Virus record (IMG/VR): IMGVR_UViG_3300030339_000003
Span: 1-64,000 of that record
Direction: 5' to 3' (one strand)
Length of the DNA stretch: 64,000 nt
The notes below the pieces were generated by a model. That model searched no databases and was not told where the DNA came from. It saw only the letters and a list, made by a program, of their open reading frames with translations. This document shows, in pieces, positions 55,256-64,000 of this stretch. Position numbers and translations under genes: made by a program. The stretch's first letter is position 1; each line of letters starts with the position of its first letter.

Positions 55256-55645
55256 TTAAGCGGTATACATAATGAAATAGTTTGTAAAATACATAGAATC
55301 CACAGACATCATCACTTGGTATTTCTTTGACGTGAGTTCGTGTATAAATTCAATGTCATCGTATTTCATTCCAATACCGCTTTTATTATTAATGAAATTG
55401 GCAACAGATAATGGGTTTATTGTGACACCGACTGGAAACTTAAATGTTTCATAACCGGCCACATCAATTTTTGTTAATGCCCACGTAATGGGTGTAGCTC
55501 CAGGTGAAAGATACACTTCAAAAATAGCTTGGTTCTTTTTATCAATTCCGCTAAATTGCAAATTGATCTTTGCTATTTCTGCTGGGCTAGTAATCTTTTT
55601 CTCAATGCAATAAACTTTTTTAGCTAATCCCAAATCGACATTCAT
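55256..55645 (-). CDS. Hypothetical (probable virion) protein
   Basis: 129 aa in the operon. Confidence 0.65.
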   Translation of the reverse strand: MNVDLGLAKKVYCIEKKITSPAEIAKINLQFSGIDKKNQAIFEVYLSPGATPITWALTKIDVAGYETFKFPVGVTINPLSVANFINNKSGIGMKYDDIEFIHELTSKKYQVMMSVDSMYFTNYFIMYTA

Positions 55646-55652
55646 AAATCAC

Positions 55653-57980
55653 CTATAACAGTTCGGCGTACATTGCGTTACTAAAGTTTATTGTGGATTT
55701 ATTAGGTGCGCTAACAAACACAGTACCGTAATACGTAGGAGGGATAATCAGCTCGACAATGTCTTTACCTTGCAATACACCATAATACGTTGGTGGTATT
55801 AACAAAGTAGTAGATTGACCGTCTTTACCGATGTTTCCGTAATACGTGCCAGGTAACACTAAACCGTCGCTTGGAACGCTACTAACTTCAGCTGCAATAT
55901 AACTACTGTTCGGGATTTTGAATACATCTTTAAGTCTATCGTCCGCAGTAATCACACGTCTAAAGTTTGTTGAATCAGGGAGGCGACCAACAATAGTCGT
56001 ACTGGTTTCAAGACGTAAACGATCACGATGATTAAAGACAACAGTTGTTTCAGTATTGGCGTATAAACGTGGATCCCATTTTTGTTTAAATTGAACCCCG
56101 CTAAAGTCCCCTACTTCTCCATGTCCTAATCCTATCCAATCTGAATTACCTATCATGTTGTTAACAGGCATTTCAGTAACGTCTACGCCATCATCAATGG
56201 TTTTAACGGTATGAATAGTGTAAGAACTTAACGTCATCATTAAGTCGATTAAATCGGATTGTATCGACCGCATAGTTGGGTTAGAAGCCAAATCCCAACC
56301 TGTTGCTGTTTTAAAGATAGTCCAGGCAAAGTCAATCATTTCGCTAGAAGTATATTCAGCAAAATCTAACGCATAACGACCTAAGAAAGTATCGTATGAT
56401 GTTTCATCGGTTATTTTTGCTAACCCGGTTTGATACATAAGCGTTGTAGCGGTCTTCACGCAACTGCGTTGGGTTACGTCACCGTATTGACTGTAAAGCT
56501 TTTTATGCTGCCACATTGCGTTGTAGACGTCAAGAGCATAGGACATCAGTTCTTCCGCAGAAGTTACGGAAGTTACTGTAACAAATTGCTCACGAATAGT
56601 TTCAGCAATTTTGTCTGTCACATACTTAACACCCCCACCAATGTCTTGTAGTCCCTTTATAGACGGTGGACTTAAACGCATAACGTTTTGATAATAAGGT
56701 GCTTCAATAACAAGCAAATTATTACCTTGTGCAGCTTGTGTCAAATAACGCCACAATACAAAAGCATCATTCGCATTCATACGAAGAACACGACCATCTT
56801 TTGGATTGGAGACACTGACACTGATATTGTAGATTCCTTGACTTGCCAAATAAATCCATTCATTAAACGCAACGGTCATAGAAGAATCATTGTGACGGTT
56901 AGTAAAGTCAGCAACTTGTGATTCTAATACTTTGGTTGGTATATCCGTGTGAAGTGAATGTGTGGCTTTATAGTCAGCATCGTTTTCGTAAATAGAGAAC
57001 ATTAAACGGTTATCAGTCGCTAATGAAGCTTCTTTAGTAATCAACTGTTCCGTCGAAAAGAATTCAGGTTCGTATTGATTATTATCGTTTAAGTTTTTAC
57101 GGGTACGACGCCAGGAAGGTGTTGGGTACAAGTCTTTAATTTGAGACTCTGTGTTTAACACCAAATCGTATTCCATGATAGGAATATTACGGGGCGTTAA
57201 CAAGTTTACTATCATACGTTCTAACGTATAAGACTGTCCCGCATTCCTTGACAGCCATTCAATGTTTTTATGTAACCACATTGTTTGGGTGTTGGTCAAA
57301 GAAGACTTATAAATACTAAAGTTCCCGTACGAATCGATATGACTCCAAATATAAAAGTCATGTGCGTATCGTGTTTTAATGGCCTGGAAACGAGTTAAGT
57401 GTAAACACTTTAATATCCCTGCTGACAACTCTACCACCATCTGGTGGAGCATGAGGTCTTCAGTAACATGGTACTCGCTTTCAAACATTGCAGGGGCTTC
57501 TGCATTAATATATTGCTGCACTGCCGGAATGAGTTGTTCTTCATTCCACAAAACATAATCTTGGTTGTAACGCAGAATCTTATAGTTCTTAGCATTAATG
57601 GACACGTCATATGCTATCGGAAACAAAATACCATTAATCAATACTGATTGAGAAGGGTATTGGGCCACGAGTCTTTTATAAAGATCTCCACCCTTTAAGT
57701 ATCCACGACGCGTTAACAAATGGGTGGTCAAATTTTCTTTATTAAAGACAATGAGTTTCCCAGTGTCCAATGATATAACTGACATTTCGCTATCTGTGGC
57801 ATGGTAATCGCCAGCCAGATTCATGTAATAGCGCCAAGTCGTTTTATCTAATCCTACTTCATATCCTGCGGCTTCCAAGGTATCGTTATCGCGTTGAGCG
57901 ATAGCCTCTAGTTTCACCACCATTGTGCGTGCTAACTGAGAAGTCACAGAATAAAAATTGTCTAGATCAATTCTATTCAT
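55653..57980 (-). CDS. Virion structural protein (phiKZ gp128-like)
   Basis: TWRYYMNLAGDYH..D..M.V.SLDT; divergent from the portal. Confidence 0.7.
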   Translation of the reverse strand: MNRIDLDNFYSVTSQLARTMVVKLEAIAQRDNDTLEAAGYEVGLDKTTWRYYMNLAGDYHATDSEMSVISLDTGKLIVFNKENLTTHLLTRRGYLKGGDLYKRLVAQYPSQSVLINGILFPIAYDVSINAKNYKILRYNQDYVLWNEEQLIPAVQQYINAEAPAMFESEYHVTEDLMLHQMVVELSAGILKCLHLTRFQAIKTRYAHDFYIWSHIDSYGNFSIYKSSLTNTQTMWLHKNIEWLSRNAGQSYTLERMIVNLLTPRNIPIMEYDLVLNTESQIKDLYPTPSWRRTRKNLNDNNQYEPEFFSTEQLITKEASLATDNRLMFSIYENDADYKATHSLHTDIPTKVLESQVADFTNRHNDSSMTVAFNEWIYLASQGIYNISVSVSNPKDGRVLRMNANDAFVLWRYLTQAAQGNNLLVIEAPYYQNVMRLSPPSIKGLQDIGGGVKYVTDKIAETIREQFVTVTSVTSAEELMSYALDVYNAMWQHKKLYSQYGDVTQRSCVKTATTLMYQTGLAKITDETSYDTFLGRYALDFAEYTSSEMIDFAWTIFKTATGWDLASNPTMRSIQSDLIDLMMTLSSYTIHTVKTIDDGVDVTEMPVNNMIGNSDWIGLGHGEVGDFSGVQFKQKWDPRLYANTETTVVFNHRDRLRLETSTTIVGRLPDSTNFRRVITADDRLKDVFKIPNSSYIAAEVSSVPSDGLVLPGTYYGNIGKDGQSTTLLIPPTYYGVLQGKDIVELIIPPTYYGTVFVSAPNKSTINFSNAMYAELL

Positions 57981-58007
57981 TTTATTTTTCCATAATCGAG
58001 GTTAATA

Positions 58008-61000
58008 ATGGCTCAAACGCGAAGTATGACACGGGGGAATGACCGTGCACAACTTTCCCAACTTCGGGAAAGTATCACATCTACTAACCCCTTGGCTGCA
58101 GCTACCCTTCGTAATGCTGTTGCGCGAAATGGTCGTGGACCAGAGTCGGACGAATTAACAGCTGGAAGACAACGTAATAACATATACCCGCATAAGTTGG
58201 AGAAGCTGAGTAACATCTTAGCTAACAACATTAATGCGGCTCATGACCTTCGTGCTATTACACCCTACATAGACCGAGCGGAGCTGATTTGGTCGTCTCT
58301 GTTACTTTACCCGAATGGTGAACAAACAGATATTTTACGCTACGACACAAAGAAATCTCGTCACAAAAGTACGGCGATGCATAACGCCCTTATAAAAATC
58401 TGGAAAGATTATTATACAAACGACTATAAAATCGAGGATGAACTCCGAGATATGATAAATGACATATTGTGGAATACAGGTTCCCACATTACGTTGTCCT
58501 TATCTCGTGTAGCAATCGATTATTTGATCAACGGTATGGAAGTGGTTAATCGCGAAGGTAATGAAGCGTTTGATCCAGAAAAAGTTTATCAAGCATCAAA
58601 CGGTAACATGACATATGATGTTAACAAAAAAGGCTTCCGTGCGATTAACAAAGGCATTTATGTTGCCTCTCCTGTAAAGGAAGAAGTCAGCACTTTAAGC
58701 ATTAATGGTTTGGAATCATTCTTAACTCGCAAGCAAGGGACTAACCAAACTGAATTTGATATTTTGGCGGGTTCTAAATTAGCGGGTACGGGCTTTGAAA
58801 TTACAATGACGGATAACCCTGTCATCTTAGCATCCAAGTATATTGAGGATAAACGTAAAACTTTTAACCAGCAGAACTATGCAGGTAATGAATCTTTTTC
58901 GAGCATCATTCAAACTACGGTCAGCAATAACCAACAGCGTTCTATTGCTGAAATGGAAGCTGACGATGGTAAGTCTAACCCAGAAGGGAAACACGCTAAA
59001 GGGCCTAAAGATCCTAAAGCCAAAACACTTAACTTGGATTTGTCTCAGTTGAATTCAATCCAAAATGAGTTATTCCCGAACCGTCGTGCAAGTAGTCAAT
59101 TCGTTCAGTTTGTTAAGCAAGACACCGACCTGGGTGTTGAGAACTACGGCGCACCAATTGAATTTAACGTTCCTTCTACCGCGTGTATTCCGATCCATAT
59201 TAACGGTAACACTAAGAAGAAGAAAGACTACATTCTTTTAATCGACCCAGACACAGGCGAATTCCTAAACTCTGCTCAAGACTATAATTTCTATCAGTCA
59301 CCTAAATCCCAAGATGATAAAATCCGTAATAAGAATCAACAAGGCAGTACTAACTCCTTGATTGATAATTTACGTACTTTGCAAGAAGGGAAAGAGTGTC
59401 AGACGGATATGACTGAATTTGCTGAACTCAGTAGCGGTATCGTTATTGAACAGTTTATGAAATCGATTATCAGTGGTCGTGGTGGCTCTATTTCGATTGA
59501 GCTAGATGAAGAAGTTAACAAAATCTTCCTATCTCGTATGTTCCGGGGTCAATCAATTCGTTGTCTGTATGTCCCAGGTGAATGTATTACTTATTCGGCG
59601 TTTAAGTACAGTCGTTTAGGTTTGGGTCAATCGCTCACACAAGCTGCTAAAATGCCTATCGCGCGTTTAGCCGCATTAGACTTGGCAGATGCCATGGCTA
59701 ACATGGAAATGGCTCAGAACACCAACAAAATGCGTGTTGTGATCGATAAGGATGACCCTACGCCAGAAGTCACTATTGCCATGGCTCGTGAGGTCTTCTT
59801 CCGTGCTAACCCACGTTTCTATAACGTGTTGGCTTCAAGTCAGATGTCTATTCCGGTATTAGTTGATGCGTTCAAAGAACTGTCATTAACTATGGAAATC
59901 GATGCGAGTGATAACCCACACTTACCTGTACCATCGGTAGAAATATCGCCAATGGAAAAACAGACATTCCGTCGTGTGGATCCTGAGTCACGCAATGAAG
60001 TGCTGAACAAAATCGCCAACTACTTTATGTTACCTAAGGGTTGGTTGGATGTTGCTGATGAAAACAACAACTTCCAAATTGAAGCATTGACTGAACACCG
60101 TTTAGTTTATAACCAAACCATTAACTGGCAGTTGTTGTTGTGTAAGACAGTAATGGAGCGTGAGATTAAACACGTTAAAGGTAACCGTCCACTTTTAACT
60201 ACTTTAATCCAATGCATCAATGATAATAAAGCACATTGGCAAACCGATTCAAAAGAAGATATTCCGGGTAAGACTGATGCTGAAAAGATTGAATCAATCT
60301 TGGAAGACTTCTTAAACAATCTGTTCTGTAATCTTCCTGTTCCTGCTGCAATGGAAAAAGCAGCTAAGATCAAAGAAGGTTTAGCCGCAACTAAAGAATT
60401 GGTAGATCAGTGGTATGAGTCAAGTGGTAAGTCCGCATTAATGACAAAAGCCATGCAGGCATTGAATGTTTCTGGCATGTATGAAGACTCCGATATGGAA
60501 GGTATGATTAAAGCTTATCTGTACACGCGTGCTCATAAGTTATTGAACATTCCTAGTCCATTTGACGAAGCTGTTGACGACCCTACTAGTGGCGGTATTG
60601 CTGGTGCGGTTGAAAGTATTGCTCTTCAGAATGCGGGCGTCTATAAATTCATTTCTGAATTGGTCCAACGTGATCTTAAAGATCGTACGGACATCGTTAA
60701 GAAAGCATCACCGAAAATTGAGAAGTTGATGACTAAATATCAATCTGTCGATAACAGTGATAATCCTGACGAGAACGCAAATGAATTTGGGGGTGGTGGC
60801 ATGCCACCGGATGAATCAGGTGAACAAACTACTGATGAGAACCTGGAAGAAACCAAAACTACTGACGCAGTTACGACCGATGAAAATGGTGAAGAAACTG
60901 AAACTGAAACCACTACAGATGAAAATGTAGATGATGACGGCGAGCCTAAAGTAAAAGAAGGCGGGGAAGAAGCTGGAGCAGAACCTAAACCAGGTGATGT

Positions 61001-61037
61001 TGCATCTGACGCATCTCAAGTTAAAGATCCATTTTAA
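58008..61037 (+). CDS. Portal protein (phiKZ gp129-like)
   Basis: About 1000 aa; LYVP..Y.AF.Y..G.G.SL; acidic tail; synteny with the gp128-like gene. Confidence 0.65.
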   Translation: MAQTRSMTRGNDRAQLSQLRESITSTNPLAAATLRNAVARNGRGPESDELTAGRQRNNIYPHKLEKLSNILANNINAAHDLRAITPYIDRAELIWSSLLLYPNGEQTDILRYDTKKSRHKSTAMHNALIKIWKDYYTNDYKIEDELRDMINDILWNTGSHITLSLSRVAIDYLINGMEVVNREGNEAFDPEKVYQASNGNMTYDVNKKGFRAINKGIYVASPVKEEVSTLSINGLESFLTRKQGTNQTEFDILAGSKLAGTGFEITMTDNPVILASKYIEDKRKTFNQQNYAGNESFSSIIQTTVSNNQQRSIAEMEADDGKSNPEGKHAKGPKDPKAKTLNLDLSQLNSIQNELFPNRRASSQFVQFVKQDTDLGVENYGAPIEFNVPSTACIPIHINGNTKKKKDYILLIDPDTGEFLNSAQDYNFYQSPKSQDDKIRNKNQQGSTNSLIDNLRTLQEGKECQTDMTEFAELSSGIVIEQFMKSIISGRGGSISIELDEEVNKIFLSRMFRGQSIRCLYVPGECITYSAFKYSRLGLGQSLTQAAKMPIARLAALDLADAMANMEMAQNTNKMRVVIDKDDPTPEVTIAMAREVFFRANPRFYNVLASSQMSIPVLVDAFKELSLTMEIDASDNPHLPVPSVEISPMEKQTFRRVDPESRNEVLNKIANYFMLPKGWLDVADENNNFQIEALTEHRLVYNQTINWQLLLCKTVMEREIKHVKGNRPLLTTLIQCINDNKAHWQTDSKEDIPGKTDAEKIESILEDFLNNLFCNLPVPAAMEKAAKIKEGLAATKELVDQWYESSGKSALMTKAMQALNVSGMYEDSDMEGMIKAYLYTRAHKLLNIPSPFDEAVDDPTSGGIAGAVESIALQNAGVYKFISELVQRDLKDRTDIVKKASPKIEKLMTKYQSVDNSDNPDENANEFGGGGMPPDESGEQTTDENLEETKTTDAVTTDENGEETETETTTDENVDDDGEPKVKEGGEEAGAEPKPGDVASDASQVKDPF

Positions 61038-61057
61038 ACAAAAATAAAAAGACAACT

Positions 61058-61089
61058 TATAACTCCTACCCGCAAGGGTAGGAGTTATA
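61058..61089. terminator. Bidirectional terminator
   Basis: TATAACTCCTACCC-GCAA-GGGTAGGAGTTATA. Confidence 0.85.
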
Positions 61090-61103
61090 GTTTATTATGT
61101 TGT

Positions 61104-63422
61104 TTATCCGTATAACGGATTCAATAATGTACGACGCGGAATGATAGAACGTAAAGTAACTACATTCGGATCATAGACGCTATTAGAAACTAAGAACAGG
61201 CTACCCCCCATATCAAATCGGATAATGATGTTTGTGTCGGTAAGCGTTTTATCTTTCTTATTAAGAACTTTGTCAAGTTCATCCAACAATAAGAACATTT
61301 CTGGTTTGTTACTGCGGCGAACAACAATTGGTTCATTGTTCGTTAAGCCAGGCCCACGTTCGTTGCAGATAGTGATGTAATGATAATTTTTACTTCTATC
61401 CAGTGTCATGTCATATTCTTTTGCTGTGATTGGGTCAGCGCCATCAGGTAGATCTTTAATGGCATCAAACAAACACAACTGCTGAGTAATCACTAATGAT
61501 TCGCCAACACGATTCAGCTTATCATAAATGACTTTATCATTTTTCAGTAACCAACCTTTCAAGTCCTGAACATCTTCAATGATATCTCCTACATCAAGAT
61601 GCGGGCCAGAAATCTCCCGTGGAACATAACCGCAGCTATGAACCAGCCAGTTGTTGAGATCGTTTGTCAGACGATTACGTAAATATGTTTCAAATCTATC
61701 ATCGCCAGGGCTGTCTTGGTCATCAAAGATTGTACCTGCGAGAATGCGTTTGATTTCTTCAATAGCGTTAAAGTATGAACGTTCTTCTAATAATGAATTA
61801 CCTGAGAACAAAATAGGGAGCTTGCGAGCTATCAGGTCACGCTTTTCACGATCTGATACCATATAACGATCTTTGATATTAAAGCTACCCATGAGTGCTA
61901 CAGGACGGTCTGTGTCTTTAGAATATACATTAGCACTGATGATCATACGTTCAATGATTTCTTTAGAATTGGAAGATTCCATTTCATCAGTATCAGTGAT
62001 CACATGATAGTTATAATACGCTTCGCGTAATTGAGCAAACGCATCGTCCACGTTACGCATGTTTTCTTCATCTTTGTCACGGTTGAAGAAAGCTTTAGCA
62101 TCTAATACAGAAACCTTTTCAGTACCTTCCTCGATAATTTCATCTTCTAACAAAGGAATCAGTTTAGTAGGATCAGATAAGATCATTTCTTTATCCACAT
62201 CTTTAAAACGAATTGAACGAGACGTCCAACCAGCAAATGAAGATTCATTATCAAAGTCATATTGCACTAAGCGCACACAACCACTGAATAATGTTTCTTC
62301 TGAACGTTGACTTGGATTTCTTTTTAATACATGTTTAATATATTTCCAGTTGGATTCATCAATGGTAAACCAATTAGACAAACACGTTTTACGGAAATAA
62401 CCTTTGATATTAAACATCTGAACATTATCTGGTTTAATATTTTCCAGATCTTCACGGTAACTACCATTAGGACCATAATACGTTTTAGCATACCCATCAT
62501 TAACAGGTGGCGCCGCATTATAATCAATAGGCTGATGACGTGATGATTGCGCCATACGTAAAGGAATTTCATACAGCTCTTGGTCACCACGGTATTGTGA
62601 CTCAGGACTGTCGATTACTTGAGGCATACCAAATGCTACCAGTTCTGGGAACACTTGAGCACCATTGAGTGAACTTTCTCCTTTATTAGTAAAGTCCATA
62701 CGATCGTACGGAGATTGCTCGTCAAACACAGCCCAGATTGCAGAAGCAATTTCTTTCTTCTGTTGGAACTTAGACAACAGTTGAATGATATCTGGGGTTT
62801 GGTTATATAAATAATGCTTGGCCTTACTAAAGCCATGCAACCAGGCAATAATTTCAATATTTAAAATATTGACGACTGCTATGTCTAATGCATTAAACAT
62901 CTCATTAGGATTGACCGTCATGTTGCCATTCGTTTGGCCTTTCTTTATAATCTCCATCATTAAACGACTGAACCAAAAAGAAGCGTTAGTCATAATGTTG
63001 TTTGAAAAGTCAATGCGCTTTAAAATGAATTGCGCAAATTCTTGTTTGGCTTGAGAGTTCTCATTACCCATACGCCCGTAGTTATTTAAGATCTGATAAA
63101 AACGGGAATGGAAGCGACCTATACGTGATATCTTAGCTTCTTCTAAGAAAGCAATACCATAACGCGCTGCGTGATCGCGATAATAGTTGGTAGTCTCTTT
63201 TGAATTAGCACCACGAGCTTCTTCCAATTGCTGAAGAGTTACGTCTTCATACATATTGTTATATTGTGGATCGTACTCGATAGTTTGCTGCGCCGTGCGA
63301 CGCAGCTCACCACGTAGAGCATTGGTGTAACTATTTTGTTGGGCCATTCCTTGACCCGGTTCGGCACCCGCTCCCGCATTTGGCTGACCAACTGTTGCGG
63401 TGTATTTATTAGGAGCTAACAT
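61104..63422 (-). CDS. Hypothetical protein
   Basis: 772 aa, low-complexity N-terminus. Confidence 0.75.
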   Translation of the reverse strand: MLAPNKYTATVGQPNAGAGAEPGQGMAQQNSYTNALRGELRRTAQQTIEYDPQYNNMYEDVTLQQLEEARGANSKETTNYYRDHAARYGIAFLEEAKISRIGRFHSRFYQILNNYGRMGNENSQAKQEFAQFILKRIDFSNNIMTNASFWFSRLMMEIIKKGQTNGNMTVNPNEMFNALDIAVVNILNIEIIAWLHGFSKAKHYLYNQTPDIIQLLSKFQQKKEIASAIWAVFDEQSPYDRMDFTNKGESSLNGAQVFPELVAFGMPQVIDSPESQYRGDQELYEIPLRMAQSSRHQPIDYNAAPPVNDGYAKTYYGPNGSYREDLENIKPDNVQMFNIKGYFRKTCLSNWFTIDESNWKYIKHVLKRNPSQRSEETLFSGCVRLVQYDFDNESSFAGWTSRSIRFKDVDKEMILSDPTKLIPLLEDEIIEEGTEKVSVLDAKAFFNRDKDEENMRNVDDAFAQLREAYYNYHVITDTDEMESSNSKEIIERMIISANVYSKDTDRPVALMGSFNIKDRYMVSDREKRDLIARKLPILFSGNSLLEERSYFNAIEEIKRILAGTIFDDQDSPGDDRFETYLRNRLTNDLNNWLVHSCGYVPREISGPHLDVGDIIEDVQDLKGWLLKNDKVIYDKLNRVGESLVITQQLCLFDAIKDLPDGADPITAKEYDMTLDRSKNYHYITICNERGPGLTNNEPIVVRRSNKPEMFLLLDELDKVLNKKDKTLTDTNIIIRFDMGGSLFLVSNSVYDPNVVTLRSIIPRRTLLNPLYG

Positions 63423-63428
63423 TATTAA

Positions 63429-64000
63429 TTATTCCTGTGAATCGATGGTTCTTATTTCCCTGAACTTTAATCGCTTCTCCATTGACTCAAGTAACTCAAG
63501 TCTTTCCGGCCGCACCCCTGTCAAATTACCGCTGACGGTGTACACACATGGGGCCAGATAACCACTAGCATTCGGGTAAGGTTTGGTTACACGCTGATAG
63601 CTATTGATAAAGGCTTGTGTTGCGTTGGTCAAATTGGCTGTGTCATGAACATCGAAATCCCCAGACGACTGCTTCCTTTTACCCGTGAATACTTTATGCT
63701 GAGGCATGCAACCCAGCATATATTCCGAAAAAGGATTATCTGTTGGTGTGGGTTCCAATATCATATTCGATATACGCGCGTTATCGATTGACCGCAGCTT
63801 AAAGCTATTATTAGTCAAGAACTGTTTAAGTTTGTGGTAACTTAATTCGGAATTATTTTTGATATAATGTTTAAATTGGTTTGCTAATGTGATCATACAG
63901 TCGAACGTGAATTCCAACGAAGCAAGCTCTTTATGCAACATTGAACTACGATCGGTAGTTTGAACAATTTCAGAACGGTTGGCAATGATGTAGTTGAATA
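63429..64000 (-). CDS. Non-virion RNA polymerase beta subunit (phiKZ gp123-like), C-terminal part
   Basis: Frame stays open to the window edge (FNYIIANRSEIVQTTDRSSMLHKEL); C-terminal SYQRVTKPYPNASGYLAPCV; synteny. Confidence 0.6.
   Translation of the reverse strand, partial: FNYIIANRSEIVQTTDRSSMLHKELASLEFTFDCMITLANQFKHYIKNNSELSYHKLKQFLTNNSFKLRSIDNARISNMILEPTPTDNPFSEYMLGCMPQHKVFTGKRKQSSGDFDVHDTANLTNATQAFINSYQRVTKPYPNASGYLAPCVYTVSGNLTGVRPERLELLESMEKRLKFREIRTIDSQE

Noticed and set aside
11803-61089. CRISPR array or transposon ends from the repeated palindromes
   Set aside because: The copies are dispersed singletons at gene ends, with no regular spacers, cas genes or transposase.
1933-63054. 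Many 60-180 aa ORFs antisense to or nested in longer genes (e.g. 1933, 2773, 18092, 18492, 18909, 34821, 41121, 51043)
   Set aside because: Shadow frames of well-supported genes, with no motifs or convincing SD. The only nested overlap accepted is the spanin pair.
63429-63941. Stand-alone 170-aa protein
   Set aside because: The frame stays open to the window edge, so this is the C-terminus of a longer gene.
1-64000. Stop-codon reassignment
   Set aside because: Genes are full length and densely packed in the standard code, and TAG and TGA both end genes at sensible positions.

Overview
A 64-kb segment of an AT-rich jumbo bacteriophage of the phiKZ-like, nucleus-forming group (Chimalliviridae). 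This assignment is inferred from protein motifs and gene order, not from a database search. Almost all genes lie on the - strand. 1-5 kb holds a tandem array of paralogous virion (baseplate/tail-tip) proteins. 5-34.5 kb is an accessory and early region of many small genes: metallophosphoesterase, Rlig1/DUF5565-like RNA ligase, thymidylate synthase, DEDDh exonuclease, TYW3-like protein, DUF1353, BCS1-like membrane AAA+ ATPase, HslV-like Ntn hydrolase, R2K-type ATP-grasp, Acb1-like 2H phosphodiesterase, RNase H, NAD-dependent DNA ligase, HAD hydrolase and a signal-peptide lytic transglycosylase. 34.5-64 kb is conserved core: SbcC, central spike, tail fibres, spanins and holin, RuvC, baseplate proteins, portal, and the C-terminus of an nvRNAP beta subunit. 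The non-coding DNA is highly organised. About 20 intergenic hairpins are present, many followed by a displaced TTTATTTTT tract. phiKZ-type early promoter cores (TAYATTAY) are each followed immediately by a sequence-variable 5' stem-loop. A terminator-bounded, ORF-less unit near 5.1 kb folds into a tRNA-sized multi-stem RNA. The best candidates for new biology are the early BCS1-like translocase operon, the promoter plus 5'-hairpin architecture, the 5.1 kb ncRNA, and the ATP-grasp/transglutaminase-like/Acb1 cluster. No canonical tRNA, rRNA, CRISPR array or mobile element was seen.
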